Assembly: GCF_001194135.2 (NCBI RefSeq)
Contig: NC_068984.1
Location: 139,220,068-139,284,067, forward strand
Source of the DNA: Octopus bimaculoides
Lineage: Eukaryota
Direction of reading: 5' to 3'
Length of the DNA stretch: 64,000 nt
Of this stretch, positions 27,441 through 41,524 are shown in pieces; within the stretch, counting starts at the first letter, position 1; each line of letters begins with the position of its first letter. The notes beneath the pieces were generated by a model. It was given only the letters and a program-made list of their open reading frames with translations. It ran no database searches and was not told the DNA's origin. The position numbers were made by a program, and so were the translations under genes.

Positions 27441-27854
27441 CTCTAAGTATGGGTGTGTTTCGGTTTGCTCTCTCACACGCACCACTTGACAACCGGAGTT
27501 GCTTTGCTTACGTGCACGAGAGAACAAACGCCACAATTAAAAATTAAGCTCTATGGTCGATTGATTCGGCTAACCCCTACATTGCGGTACTCCAGCTTTG
27601 TTATTGCAACCCACAGATTGAACACTGCGGCAGAATATTATATGCAAGTAGGAAATAAAATTAAAATTTTAATTCATGCAGCCCGATCAAATGTTCATTC
27701 AATATTAAAGCTATAGAAACTACTTAGAAACATTGAAATACAAATGTAGTCGATTAAACTGATGCAATCGTAATTAAATATTTATGTTGCAGACATCATA
27801 TTTAAACTTCACTTCATTGTTTGCCAAGTTGTCACTTTTATCATTTCACCACAT

Positions 27855-28135
27855 CTCATATGATTTCAGTTCAAGGCCCGCTATTTTTAAAGAGCAGGGG
27901 TGTAGACAATTTGAACTCCCAGTCGCTGACTGGTACTTTATTATATCGGTCCTAAAGAGACCGAAAACAGCAGTGAGCTGGCAGAATCGTAAGCTCGTCG
28001 AACAAAATGCTAAGCAGCATTGTTTGAGGCTCTCTGCGTTCTGAATACACATGTCTGTGGAGTCTTCTCCCTCTTGCACGTTAATTTCAAGAGCAGACTG
28101 GAACACTCGTAGTCGTAACCGACGGAGTACCATCG
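27855..28135 (+). mobile_element. SINE family C 3' part, interrupted by family B-like sequence
   Basis: ACACATGTCTGTGGAGTC..TTGCACGTTAATTTCA..GTCGTAACCGACGGAGT. Confidence 0.6.
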
Positions 28136-28775
28136 TCATTTATACGCTATGGAAATCGGGTAACCAACCTTATGAATCATAAGGCCACAGAAATGGAAGG
28201 CACATTTGACCTCGCCGAGATTTGAACTCAAAAGTTGAAAGGCGGAACAAAAGACGTAAAGCAGTTTTACCGACGCTCCTACGGTTCTTTTAATCCGCGT
28301 AGTTGTCACTTTATAATGATGGTTTCTGATTGAGGCAAAATACCAGTAATTTTCAGGGAGGTATTTCGTCAACAACATCGATCCCTATGTTTGACTGGAT
28401 TTTTATTGTTTTCGACCGCGAAATGATAAAAAGAAACTTTCACCTCGGCAGGAATTCACTTCTAAATCAAAAGACATCCAATAAATCCCGTAGAGATGAT
28501 GATAATGATGAAGAGAAGGCGGCGGCGGCGGTGGAGGAGGAGGAAGAGGAGTGTATGATGATGATGATGATAATAATAACAACAACAGCAACAATATTAA
28601 TCTTCGGTATTCATGAGCTGAATTCGTATACATTTCTTTGTTGTTCTAATAAATTGTGAAAGAAAATGAAACTGCATTGTTACATCAGCAACCATAAGTT
28701 ATATATATTTCTCTCACAAATTATACATGTTTTTGTATATATGCATGTACGTATGTATGTATGTATGTATGTATG

Positions 28776-29155
28776 TTATTATTCAGTTTATTTTAAGATT
28801 TCTTGCCAATAGAGAAAGAGCCAGTCTCTAACCTAGATCCAAAGTTCCTTCATTGGAATTTCAACATCAACATCAGGGTTTTGTTTGTTTGTATGTATGT
28901 GTGTATGTATGTATATGTGCAGATTTGTATGTTTTGTTTAAATGTATATATTCTCATACATATAGTCACATATCTAGACATGCTCATATATATTTAAATG
29001 ATAGACATATGGAAAATTTTACAGACTTTTACAGTTCCAGTAATGGTATTGATCAGTAGTCTTCGAATTAGCTTTCTCCTTTCTGGTTTGAGAAGCCTAA
29101 TTTCTCAATATTGGTATTTAGATAGTGTGTTACATATCCCAGGGTCCCAATAATT
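28776..29155 (-). mobile_element. RLE-type non-LTR retrotransposon 3' fragment (same lineage as 23662-24310)
   Basis: Minus strand gives IIGTLGYVTHYLNTNIEKLGF, followed by the same 3' UTR (TTGAAATTCCAATGAAGGA..CTAGGTTAGA). Confidence 0.8.
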
Positions 29156-29589
29156 ACACACACAAGCATACAGATATGTATGCATGCATGATAGCAAGCA
29201 TGTATGTATGCATGTATGTATGTATGTATGTATGTATGTATTATGTATGTATCCATGTATGTTTGTATGCATGTATGTAGGCATGCATGTATGAACTCTT
29301 CCGTTTTTTTAATTATTAAAATCTTTGCTCTCAGGAAGGAGTGTGTTTTTAACAAAGAAACGAAGCCGCACCCTTGGAATGTAGATAACGAAAATAAAGT
29401 TACATTTTACACTTTTTAATTATTTCTGTTCCACCCATCATTTGTATTTGTAACGTGCCAATCAGTTGGTTGGATTGTTTTTTGGGGTTTTTTTTTCCTG
29501 AAAATCCAAGCTCATCCAGACTGTCAGTTAGACATCAACACAGAAAACCAAGTGCACCAAATCTAATTGGTATAAACTTAATCTAGATA

Positions 29590-29915
29590 TAGAATCTGGA
29601 GATGCGTGTATGTATGTACGTACGTACGCACGTACGTATGCATGTATGTATTATGCATGTGTGAGTGTATGTATGTGTATGTATGCATGCATATATATGT
29701 ATGTGTGTATGTATGTCTGTGAGTGTATGATATATGTATGTATGATGTATGTATTAGGTGTGATGTATGTATGATGTAGGCATATGATGAATGCATGTAT
29801 GTATAATGTATGATGAATGTATGCATTTATGCATGCATATATATATATATGCATGCCAATATGCTCGTATATATGTATGTATGTATGTATGTATGTAGGT
29901 ATGTATTTATGTATG
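29590..29915. repeat. Degenerate (TATG)n tract
   Basis: Directly visible. Confidence 0.9.
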
Positions 29916-31006
29916 TACGCATTCACTTTTGTTTATTTGCATTTTCTAGATGGAAGTAGGTTTGTTTCTAAGAAACTAACAAAAGCTCCATCACTGAAAT
30001 TTGGTTTGAAACAACAATAACAATTACATCACGAACTTCACCTCACTCTCACATCTTCGCTAAGTGTGTATGATTTATGTATGGGTTGACGTACGTATGC
30101 ATGCAAGTATACAGTAAAACATAGAGAATAAAAATGTTAGCCATTTAGCCGTCATGTCTGCTTTAAATGCAGATGTTTGTATGGAAACGAATCGAGATCT
30201 TGAGATTAACGTATTGAATAAATATTTCTTTCGTTATTAGAAACTACTAGAAAAATTATAAAGGAAATGCTAATGAAATTCAAGATTTCTACTTAAGGAT
30301 ATTACAACTTATATTGTTTGTCTTATTATATTAAGCCATACGAGAAATACGGGCGTTGTAACAAGAATTCAAACGAGGAAGTACACGTTACCAAGAAATA
30401 CGAGAACTAGAAGAAAACAGACTAGATGTCAGGAGGGTAAAATGGAAAATAGGGGCAGCAAAAACCAATACCACCTCAACTGCCATTTCCCCTCCCGTCC
30501 CTGGACTCACCAACCCCAAAAGGCATTGAAAGAAAGTACAGTACTATGGACATCACAAAGTATAACCGGATACTTTCTGTATTGTTGTATATGCCACAAG
30601 AAGATTTGAGCTGCGAAGAAAATTGATTAAAGAAGAAAAATAATTTCTCTTAAAGATTGATTGAAGGGTAAAACCTCAGTTACACAGTCACGTTAAATAC
30701 CAAATTATTCGATGCATCGATGCCCGCTGACTTACCACAGGATCGGCGTTAAGGCTCGGTGCTTTAAAAGATTAAGCCAACAATTTGAAGTGGTATGGTG
30801 TCTGTAGCCCACATGGAAATAAAAATCAGAAAAATCTTGCCTCGCGGAAGACAGACAATTTGACAAGACTTGGGTCGGAATTGGAAATGAGGGAGCACTT
30901 CATCCCTCCAGTTAATATATTGAGGAGTTTATTCCTTATCCCACTGTATACAAGGAAAGTGGTAGTGATCTTGAGGGTGGTGGATGTGACACCAAAAATA
31001 TGTACC

Positions 31007-31242
31007 GAAGGCGGCGAGCTAGCAGAGACGTTAGCACGCCGGGCAAAATGCATAGCGGTATTTCGTCTGTCTTTATGTTCTGAGTTCAAATTCCGCCGAG
31101 GTTGACTTTACCTTTCATCTTTTCGGAGTCGATAAATTAAGTACCAGTTACACACTGGGGTCGATGTAATCGACTTAACCCCTTTGTCTGTCCTTGTTTG
31201 TCCCTTCTATGTTTAGCCCATTGTGGGCAATAAAGAAATAAG
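31007..31242 (+). mobile_element. Full-length SINE family B with TSD
   Basis: 11-bp TSD AAATATGTACC at 30996-31006 and 31243-31253. Confidence 0.9.
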
Positions 31243-32050
31243 AAATATGTACCTGGTGGTTGTTTGGGCCCATATCGAAGATGAAGTGATCTCGGTTTTA
31301 CTAGAAGCGCTAAGAAGATTGGTCCTAAAGAGAAATAATCATTATTAATTCCAATGAATCATTTCCGACTCGAAGCTATCCGCAACCAAAATAGAACTTG
31401 CGAGATGCAGTTGTTTGTTAGGGAAGGCGGTGGGACGAAGAGTGAGGTGTCTTGTTTGAAACGAAAATTCTTAAGAGTTTGGAATTGTCACCTTAGGTGA
31501 GATAGACTGTATCAATTAATGGTTGAGTATCCGTAACGGTTTAGGTTTTTCATAGTTAATATCCCTTCAGAGATTACTTGCTGTCCATGTGAATGATGCT
31601 CCTCAATGAACAAGCCACCATTTCATCGCAGGTTGTAACCCTCGCTGTTCTTATTGCTCATATTCAGCTAAATGGACCGGAGAAAGGCAAAATGAAGAAT
31701 TTTGCTTAAGAATGCAATACGGCAGCCAGTGTTGGATCTAAAGCTACAAACATACTATTGTGAGTCCAACATTCTAACAACTACAACACTAAGTAGTTGT
31801 GAGATTATACGAGCATTCTCTTTCTCGTCCTCTAGTTCGTTATCTCATCCTGATAACTATTTGTATTCTCAATATTCTCAAATGGGAATTCCATGCTTCC
31901 GTTTTGTTGTATTTGCATGATAATACAGCAGTTGATCCTTTTTACGTGTACCATTCCTTGGTGGCTCACTCGCATCAAATCATTAGCGGCGAACAGAAAG
32001 TCCAGACATAAAACGTAATTCATTTACATGGTTTTAATAGTAGGGTGTGA

Positions 32051-32370
32051 AGGCGCGTGGCTTAGTGGTTAGAGCATTCGGATCATGATCGTAAGGTCGT
32101 GAGTTCAATTTCTGGCAACGCGTTGTGTCCTTGAACAAGACACTTTATTTCACGTTGCTCCAGTCCACTCAGTTGGCAAAAATGAGTAGTACTTGTATTT
32201 CAAAGGGCCGGCCTTGTCACACTCTGTGTCACACTGAATCTCTGTGAGAACTACGTTAAGGGTACACGTGTCTGTGGAGTACTCAGCTACTTGCACGTTA
32301 ATTTCACGAACAAGTTGTTCCGTTGATCGTATCAGCTGTGACCCTCGTCGGCGTAACCGACGGAATGCTC
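32051..32370 (+). mobile_element. Full-length tRNA-derived SINE, family C
   Basis: GGCGCGTGGCTTAGTGGTTAG head, GTGAGTTCAATT box B, core TTGTGTCCTTGAACAAGACACTTT, and tail CGTAACCGACGGA. Confidence 0.9.
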
Positions 32371-32499
32371 CTCTTTTTAATAGTAGAACACGCAAGACTA
32401 AATTATTAAACCTATTAACCTATTATTCACGACTAGTGCTTAATTTTCATTGATGTGATTAAGTGAATGCTCAGGATTTTGATATTTATTACACACATG

Positions 32500-32812
32500 A
32501 AGGTGCGTGACTTAGTGGTTAGTGTATTGAACTCGCGATAATAAGGAGGTGAGTTTAATTACCGACGGCACATTGTGCTCTCGATCAAGACACTTTATTT
32601 CACGTTGCTCCAGTCCACCCAGCTCGCAAAAATGAGTTGTACTTGTTATTCAAAGGGCCAGCCTTGTCACGCTCTGTGTCAAGCTATATTTTCCTGAGAA
32701 CTATGTGTCTGTGGAATGCTCAGCCATTTGCACATCAATTCCACGAGCAGAGTGCTGCAGAGATCGGATCAACTGGAACCCCCATTGTCGTAACCGATGG
32801 AGTGCAGCCGTA
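32500..32812 (+). mobile_element. SINE family C
   Basis: Second copy with the same head, core and tail. Confidence 0.85.
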
Positions 32813-33870
32813 CAGAAAAGATCTTTACGATTGTATTTTTTTCTGGTTGATATTCAAATAATTTCTACTGTATTTCCATGTGATGTTTCTTATGAATTAT
32901 TTCTTTTTTTCTCGTTTCATTCATATTAACGTTTATACATTTAATTTCAATATACACTGTATCTTCATTAGTTTGTTACATAATATTTTATCGTAATTTT
33001 CTCACGGGTTCATTTTGTTTTAGTTATAAATAATTTATCTGTTACCGTAAAAGTCTGTACAAAGTCTTAAATCTTTCCCGCACCAAATCACATCCAAACG
33101 CTGGCAGAGATTGTGGACACAAGATATAATCTACTCGATCACATCTATGGAACGAAAAATTTGAAATTTTCATTACGGAGACAGATAAATTATTTATAAC
33201 TAAAACAAAATAAACCTGTGAGAAAATTATGATAAAATATTATGTAACAAACTGATGAAGATACAGCATATATTGAAATTAAATGTATAAGCGTTAATAT
33301 GAATGAAACGAGAAAAAACTAGGAATAATTTATAAGAAATATAACATGGAAATACAGTAGAAATTATTTGAATATCAACCAGGAAATATACAATCGTAAA
33401 GATCTTTTGAATATTCTTTGCATATAAATTCTAATTCAATACAAACTGATATGAAAAAGAAGAAAACTTTGCATGTCAACAGGTTGTTTGTTTGGGTAGC
33501 TCTCCTGAAACTGTCATATTTATAAAGTAGAACCGCTGCTGATCGAGATAGTAGACTAATGTGCTATCCAGCTGTTTTGATGGAACGAACTGAAGTTGTG
33601 TTTCTAGCAGACAAGTTTTATGTCCAACCACAGCTGAATTATTTAATTTGGAAGTGGTGTCAAGCATAACATATTAAATATTTCGTTTGCAAAACCGATA
33701 CCGTTGACAAGATTGTGGTTAAATAACAAGAAACCAAATGAGAAGAAGAGGAATTTCTATGAAATATTATATAAGCGTTTATATGAGAGAAACGAGAATG
33801 TACACTAGGAAACGTTTTACAAATGTGACAGGAAAATACAGAGTAATTAAAATTTAAGTCGATAAGTTTC

Positions 33871-34094
33871 TATTAGGTTAGTGAATAATTATTGCGGCCT
33901 TTTATCAATGAATTTTATTCAACAAAGAAATTAACCAAAACGCCAATTTAAACAAAACGCCAAGAAGAAATTGAAGTAGATGGTGAATATGATCCGGAAT
34001 AATACTTTAACGATGTTTTGTTAAATGTTATTTTTGTTTTTGTTGAATAACATTTATTGAAAAAAATCCGCAAAAATTATGCACCAATCTAATA
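33871..34094. mobile_element. Mariner-type MITE
   Basis: Left end TATTAGGTTAGTGAATAATTATTGCGG; right end reverse complement TATTAGATTGGTGCATAATTTTTGCGG. About 220 bp, non-coding. Confidence 0.7.
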
Positions 34095-34149
34095 CATGTT
34101 CACCAGACTTTGTTTCACGCTGATTAATGATACATAATGTATATTTTAC

Positions 34150-35319
34150 TATTAGGCTGGAATGAAAAATATGTTGCGTTTCAAGATGAGTAAAAACAGA
34201 ATGATCCATTAGCCTAAATTGATATTTATAAACAAGATAGTATTTCCCTTCATAATTGATAGCATAAACCCCTGTATTTAAGAAATTGTTGTTTCCTCGA
34301 GCGTACAGTTCTTCATGTTTCGAAGTAAAGAAGCAATCAACATAATTTTTAACACCTTTGCAAATAATAAACCGTTTTCACTCCAAATAATTTAGCACTG
34401 ATATGAATACATGAGAGAGAAATGGAGCAAAGCCAGGTGGGTAAAGAGGATGAACTAAAATTTCATTATTAGTGCCATAGTATTTTCCTAACGGATTGAC
34501 GAATGTGACCAACGATACACGTTTCTCTCGCCACTTTTTCTACAGTACTTCCAATTTGATGGGAATACTTCTTATTAGCTGTTCCGGTATTACTTCGCAC
34601 TTCATGGTAGATGACACCACCCATACCCTACAAAACAGACAGCATAGCAGTTTAAACGTGTCACCCTGGTTTGTGAATGGGTCCTTTATTCTCCATGTGC
34701 TAACCATTGCTGTTTTTATTGGATATCGTTATAGGAGACCTAGTTTCAACACATTTGATGATTCTATTCATGAAATGTTTGGTTGCGCGTCTATTTGTCA
34801 ATGACGATCAGTCCGAAACAATTCGATTAAGTGCAGAAGCAGTCAGAAGGTGAAGGACAGACTGATCATGTTTTGGCACTTTTCCTAGATCATGAGGAGT
34901 TTTATGATTGACGTGTGACTTGAGTTAAACCGTTTGCTCGAGCAGTTTGCTTTGGATGTTCTTCGCTACAGTTTTTGGAATTGAGGACAATCTGTAAGCG
35001 AAATTTTTCCTGAGTAACACAGACCAGACCATCGTTAGCATGTCCATCTACTTAAAGTTTCATTCCCATACCCAAAGCGAAAACGAGTATTTCTTGCCGC
35101 TGCCGTTGTTGGTGAGACGCTTTTGAATTCATACAACATGTAATGTCTGCTAGGGGTAATATCGATACAAATTTAATCGCTATGGTATAAAGTAATCTGC
35201 GAAGAAAAAAAAAGACATTACAATATAAAATTTAATGCTTATTTGATTGAAAGTATGGCAAAAGTAACCTCAAAGCGATCATTTCAAAAATGTGACCAGA
35301 CTTCCTTTCCAAACTAATA
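34150..35319 (-). mobile_element. Heavily decayed, near full-length mariner transposon
   Basis: Degenerate TIRs (TATTAGGCTGGAATGAA and TATTAGTTTGGAAAGGAA). Minus-strand remnants VHPLYPPGFAP (HPPYSPDLAP-like) and FFTSKHEELYARG. Length about 1.17 kb. Confidence 0.65.
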
Positions 35320-35832
35320 CATAAATGAAAGAAAATTGAAATTACCTTATGTGGAATGTGAAATTAGAACTATGAAATATCAAATAAACTAATGGCTATT
35401 AAATATAATTACATAAATAATCTCATTTAGTGTGATAAGTAGAGACATTTGACTGGCATTTCCTCATCAAACGTATTCATTAATAAATGGTCTGTCCTAT
35501 TGAGCATCCCTTATTAAGTGAACTGAAGCATGTATAATTAAATGTTCCGTTAAGAAATAAACAATAAGTCATCAGCCATTAGTGACCATTTTCCTTTCTA
35601 AACGTAGTCCTATAATAGGTAAATCAAATTCCCCACATAATTTAGCTAATTACAACATATTGATATTTCAGGTTCTGTATAATATTTAATGCATTATATA
35701 AATATATATATACATAGTGTAAGTATGCATATATATATATACATATATGAATATATATATGTATGTATATAAGTATATATGTATATTTGCATTTATACAT
35801 ATATATATACACATATACATACTAATATACAG

Positions 35833-35882
<50 letters not shown>

Positions 35883-36269
35883 NNNNNNNNNNNNNNNNNN
35901 NNNNNNNNNNNNNNNNNNNNNNNNNNNNNNNNNNNNNNNNNNNNNNNNNNNNNNNNNNNNNNNNNNNNNNNNNNNNNNNNNNNNNNNNNNNNNNNNNNNN
36001 NNNNNNNNNNNNNNNNNNNNNNNNNNNNNNNNNNNNNNNNNNNNNNNNNNNNNNNNNNNNNNNNNNNNNNNNNNNNNNNNNNNNNNNNNNNNNNNNNNNN
36101 NNNNNNNNNNNNNNNNNNNNNNNNNNNNNNNNNNNNNNNNNNNNNNNNNNNNNNNNNNNNNNNNNNNNNNNNNNNNNNNNNNNNNNNNNNNNNNNNNNNN
36201 NNNNNNNNNNNNNNNNNNNNNNNNNNNNNNNNNNNNNNNNNNNNNNNNNNNNNNNNNNNNNNNNNNNNN

Positions 36270-36300
<31 letters not shown>

Positions 36301-37084
36301 CACATCTATGTAGTTATTAAACCAATTGCCTTTGAGAGCTCTCAATCTACTATGAACTCTGCTACTTTAAATCATAAAATGCGCACTGCAGTACAGACGT
36401 CTACATGAGGCATTGTAGTCAGTGCACTGTCATAATTAATATTTAATTGCTGCAATATATCGATTTATCTGAGAACTCAATTTTTGCACTAGACCCCGGA
36501 GCTTGTCTACATTGCCTGACGAGGTAGCAAACTGAGAATCGTCAGAGCGTCGGATACAGTTATTTGTGATAATCGTTTCCCCTCTTTAAGTTCTACTTTC
36601 AAATTTTTTTGGTGTCTCCGTACGCATTGCATTCTTTCAGGATCATTAACTATAGTACCGGTTCACTGCTGGTACACATTCTCTCTGTTCTCCTCTCTTT
36701 CTCTCAGAATTTTACTTGTAAATTCAAAGACCCAAAGTAATCGTTTTGTGTCACCTTAAATCATCCGGTGAAATACTCGTCTGGATAATTGTTAATTGAC
36801 TAAAAGCCCCTGTTGACAGAATAAAAGGATACCCGTCGTCGTGACCGACGGAGAACTCACTGTTTTATCTCAGCTTCACTTAGGATCATGTCTAGCAGGC
36901 ACAACATGAAAGAATAGCAAAACAGAACGATGTCAATCCTTGCCACATTGATTAAGTAAGAAATGTACAGAGAAAACATAATCTAAAGTAAATAGGTAAT
37001 TAGTTATGCTAAAAGCCTAATCAGGTAATTAGTTATGCTAAAAGCCGAACTAATTATGTCGATGAAATTCATACTTTCTTTTAT

Positions 37085-37594
<510 letters not shown>

Positions 37595-38437
37595 ATTGAC
37601 AGTCTAAGATATTTCGGCGCTGCACAGATTCTTTCGTGGAATTCATATAAAAATAGTTCCGAAAATCAGAGGCGAAGGTAACAGATTTATGTCTAATTAG
37701 ATTTATGTGAAACTTCGTAATAAGTTACTTATATCAGATCTATTCGGTCGTTAATTATTTTGTTTGTTGAAATGAAACTCATCAGACTAATTTGGCGATC
37801 TATGCAGGTTTTCTTGGTGGCAAACGATTTTTTGTACAATATTGGATTGCAATGAGTGAAGCCTTTTTCACTTTGCTCTCGTTTTTAGTGCTCTAAGGAA
37901 AGATATGGACTACATAACACATTTGTCTTTCATAAGTAAAGACATGTGCTTACTTTGGGCTGTCAAATAAACTCTTTCGTTTTTTTTTTCTATTCAGTAC
38001 TCCGTCGCCATATGTCTATAAAGAGATGGCACATCGGACACATGTCTTCTGAATAATTCCCTACCAACACCTGAAGTCGATATGTTCAAGCAACAACCTT
38101 CAAGGGGATGCTCCAGCATTGCTGCAGTCCAATGATTGAAATAGATTTCGGTTGAGCGAGCGAAGATGTTGATAGGGAATTGGCCAGATTTCTAACTGCC
38201 TATATATATATATACAGGTATGTGTGTGTGTGTGTGTAAATTTTATTTGATTTTTCCAGAAGAAACGGCAATATTTCCAACTGCCTCTTTTGTCTCAATA
38301 AATATGTGTGTGAATGCGTGTGTTTGTGTGTGTGTATGTGTGTGCGAGTGCGTGGGTATTTGTGTCTGCATGTGTATAAACACACACACGCACACACACA
38401 AAGACACACACACATATATATATATACATGTATGTAC

Positions 38438-38682
38438 AGGCGCGTGGCTTAGTGGATAGACATTTCGGTTCACAGTCCTAAGGTCGGGAGTTCGACTTCC
38501 GGCGGCCCGTTGTGCCTTTGAGCAAAACACATTATTTCACGTTTCTCCAGTCCACTCAGCTGGCAAAATTAGTAGTGCCTGTATTTCAAAGGGCCGACAT
38601 TGTCACATCCCGTGTCTCACTGAATCTCCCTGAGATGCTCTGTTGATCAGGTCAGCTGCAAACTTCATCGTCGTAGCCGATA
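38438..38682 (+). mobile_element. SINE family C
   Basis: GGCGCGTGGCTTAGTGGATAG..GGGAGTTCGACTTCC..CAAAGGGCCG. Confidence 0.85.
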
Positions 38683-38853
38683 TATATATNNNNNNNNNNN
38701 NNNNNNNNNNNNNNNNNNNNNNNNNNNNNNNNNNNNNNNNNNNNNNNNNNNNNNNNNNNNNNNNNNNNNNNNNNNNNNNNNNNNNNNNNNNNNNNNNNNN
38801 NNNNNNNNNNNNNNNNNNNNNNNNNNNNNNNNNNNNNNNNNNNNNNNNNNNNN

Positions 38854-38890
<37 letters not shown>

Positions 38891-40842
38891 GTGTGTGTGT
38901 GCGTGTGTGTGCGTCTGTGTGTGTGTGTGTGAGTATTATTTTAATAGGTCCCCTTTGTCGGATTTGGTTCTGACATAATGTCATTTAACTCTGGCTTAGC
39001 GCAAGTTAATTTTCAGAGAGAGGAAATCCTTTTTCCGTATCTGAGTGACGATCACTTTCCTAAACATATAATTCAAAGTCCAGTAATGAGTGTTGCATAT
39101 TCCGTTCAGTGTTATCATTAACTCGCACAGAGAAACACTCAGACACATGTACATATATATATGTAATTAAACTGGAGACTTTGCAAAATAATAGTTTTCG
39201 ACACGTCTCATCTACAAAAATGGTCAAGTGGTGACAAAATAGCCCGAGGGTGAATAATAAAATATTTATGGTTAACAAATACCATGCCCTGAGTCATAAT
39301 CTTAGGTGATAAAATTGGAAATAGGCTGCGATGTGGAAAATATATTACGCGGACCACATGTAAAATATAATTACCTATTCGTAAGATACGTCAACTGGTC
39401 ATGTGTTTCAAATAGCCAAATATCCTGCTAGCCAAAGCCAAAGATATAATTTCGTTACAACCTGTACATATATATATATATATATANNNNNNNNNNNNNN
39501 NNNNNNNNNNNNNNNNNNNNNNNNNNNNNNNNNNNNNNNNNNNNNNNNNNNNNNNNNNNNNNNNNNNNNNNNNNNNNNNNNNNNNNNNNNNNNNNNNNNN
39601 NNNNNNNNNNNNNNNNNNNNNNNNNNNNNNNNNNNNNNNNNNNNNNNNNNNNNNNNNNNNNNNNNNNNNNNNNNNNNNNNNNNNNNNNNNNNNNNNNNNN
39701 NNNNNNNNNNNNNNNNNNNNNNNNNNNNNNNNNNNNNNNNNNNNNNNNNNNNNNNNNNNNNNNNNNNNNNNNNNNNNNNNNNNNNNNNNNNNNNNNNNNN
39801 NNNNNNNNNNNNNNNNNNNNNNNNNNNNNNNNNNNNNNNNNNNNNNNNNNNNNNNNNNNNNNNNNNNNNNNNNNNNNNNNNNNNNNNNNNNNNNNNNNNN
39901 NNNNNNNNNNNNNNNNNNNNNNNNNNNNNNNNNNNNNNNNNNNNNNNNNNNNNNNNNNNNNNNNNNNNNNNNNNNNNNNNNNNNNNNNNNNNNNNNNNNN
40001 NNNNNNNNNNNNNNNNNNNNNNNNNNNNNNNNNNNNNNNNNNNNNNNNNNNNNNNNNNNNNNNNNNNNNNNNNNNNNNNNNNNNNNNNNNNNNNNNNNNN
40101 NNNNNNNNNNNNNNNNNNNNNNNNNNNNNNCATATTTATATATATACATACATATACATAGATATATATGTGTACATACATATTTATATATATACATACA
40201 TATATGTATGTACATACATATATATATATATGTATTTATGTATAAATACATATATATATGTGTGTATATTTATCTATATATATTTACGTATATATATATA
40301 TATATATACATATATGTGCATATATGAATGTATATGTACATATATGTAAGCAAGTTAGGCAAATCGATTTACACAGAATATTAGAGACGTTTAATATCAA
40401 ATATGTACATATGCATGGATATAAAATAGTTCGACTTCCACAGAATAATTGAATCAGGTGTTAAACGTATTTAATAATCTATGTAAATCGACTCGCCTAG
40501 CGTGCTTTTCAGTACATTTACTCGGCTACCTATTCAAGTGCAACTCTTTTGGCCACTTCGAAGTGGATTCTACATAGGGAACACCTGTCTGTAACCTATA
40601 AATTATGTATACACACACACGCACACACACACACCATACATATATATACATACAGTGTATGATGTGTAATGTATTATATACAGAAATATACATACGCACT
40701 CACGCAAACACACATAAGTGGAGGTATATGCATATGAACTATGCTTCTCCTTAATTTTTACATTCTTTTACATATAGCACTAGCTTTTATTAATAAATGT
40801 CGCAAAGAACCACACCACCCTAATAATAATATTTGGTTGATT

Positions 40843-41057
40843 AAAGGCGGCGAGCTGGCAGAAACGTTAGCACGCCGGGCGAAATGCTTAGCAGTATTTC
40901 GTCTGTCTTTATGTTCTGAGTTCAAATTACGCCGAGGTCGACTTTGCCTTTCATCCTTTCGGGGTAGAGGAATTAAGTACCAGTTGTGTACTGAGGACAA
41001 TCTGATCGACTGGCCTCCTCCACCCAAATTTCTGGCCTTGTGCCTAGAGTAGAAAAG
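40843..41057 (+). mobile_element. Full-length SINE family B with TSD, inside the PLE
   Basis: 14-bp TSD AATATTTG(G/T)TTGAT at 40828-40841 and 41058-41071. Confidence 0.9.
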
Positions 41058-41524
41058 AATATTTGTTTGATCATTCCATACGGTAAACAAGTAACAATTA
41101 ACCTTCCCTTCCTATTTCGTCAAACTATGGAAAGGAACTTCCCTATTAAATCAAGGTACCTCTCAATTTTCAACACACACCGTATCAGACTAAGCTTTTC
41201 CAACGCCTACAATATTTCACAAACTATAGCATCACATAACAGTCGTGTTCCCAAAAGTTTACAATGTCTCTCTTAATAACCATAGCAATTTTAATTACAT
41301 TAACAATAATATTAACGATAATCTCTCCTTACATCATAATATCAATGAAACTAAGCCTTACAATTGTGGCCCTAATAAAACTTGTATTCTAAATGGAAAC
41401 TGCTGAATTAAAATGTCATGTACGAATGCAAGATTACCTCAAGTAACAAGTAATATATTTATATAGGATTATCCTCTACCGAACTGATATCTAGACCGGC
41501 TAATCATTTCTCTACCTTCAAATA

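Noticed and set aside
36505-36545. CTGACGAGGTAGCAAAC hammerhead-like core
   Set aside because: It lacks the G of GAAA, and no stems I or III could be formed.
36680-36740. Strong pyrimidine tract plus AG followed by 29 nt (NFTCKFKDP) and GTAATC
   Set aside because: The donor is weak, the length is not a multiple of three, and no partner exons were found.
36994-37046. Exact 24-bp direct repeat AGGTAATTAGTTATGCTAAAAGCC twice
   Set aside because: Only two units with a 5-bp spacer; this is an ordinary local duplication, not CRISPR-like.
41404-41406. In-frame TGA next to a Cys in the PLE linker as possible selenocysteine
   Set aside because: It occupies the Leu position after the Cys (G.CL). The TGA before HKN fits CpG decay of CGA. 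The ORF has other stops and frameshifts.
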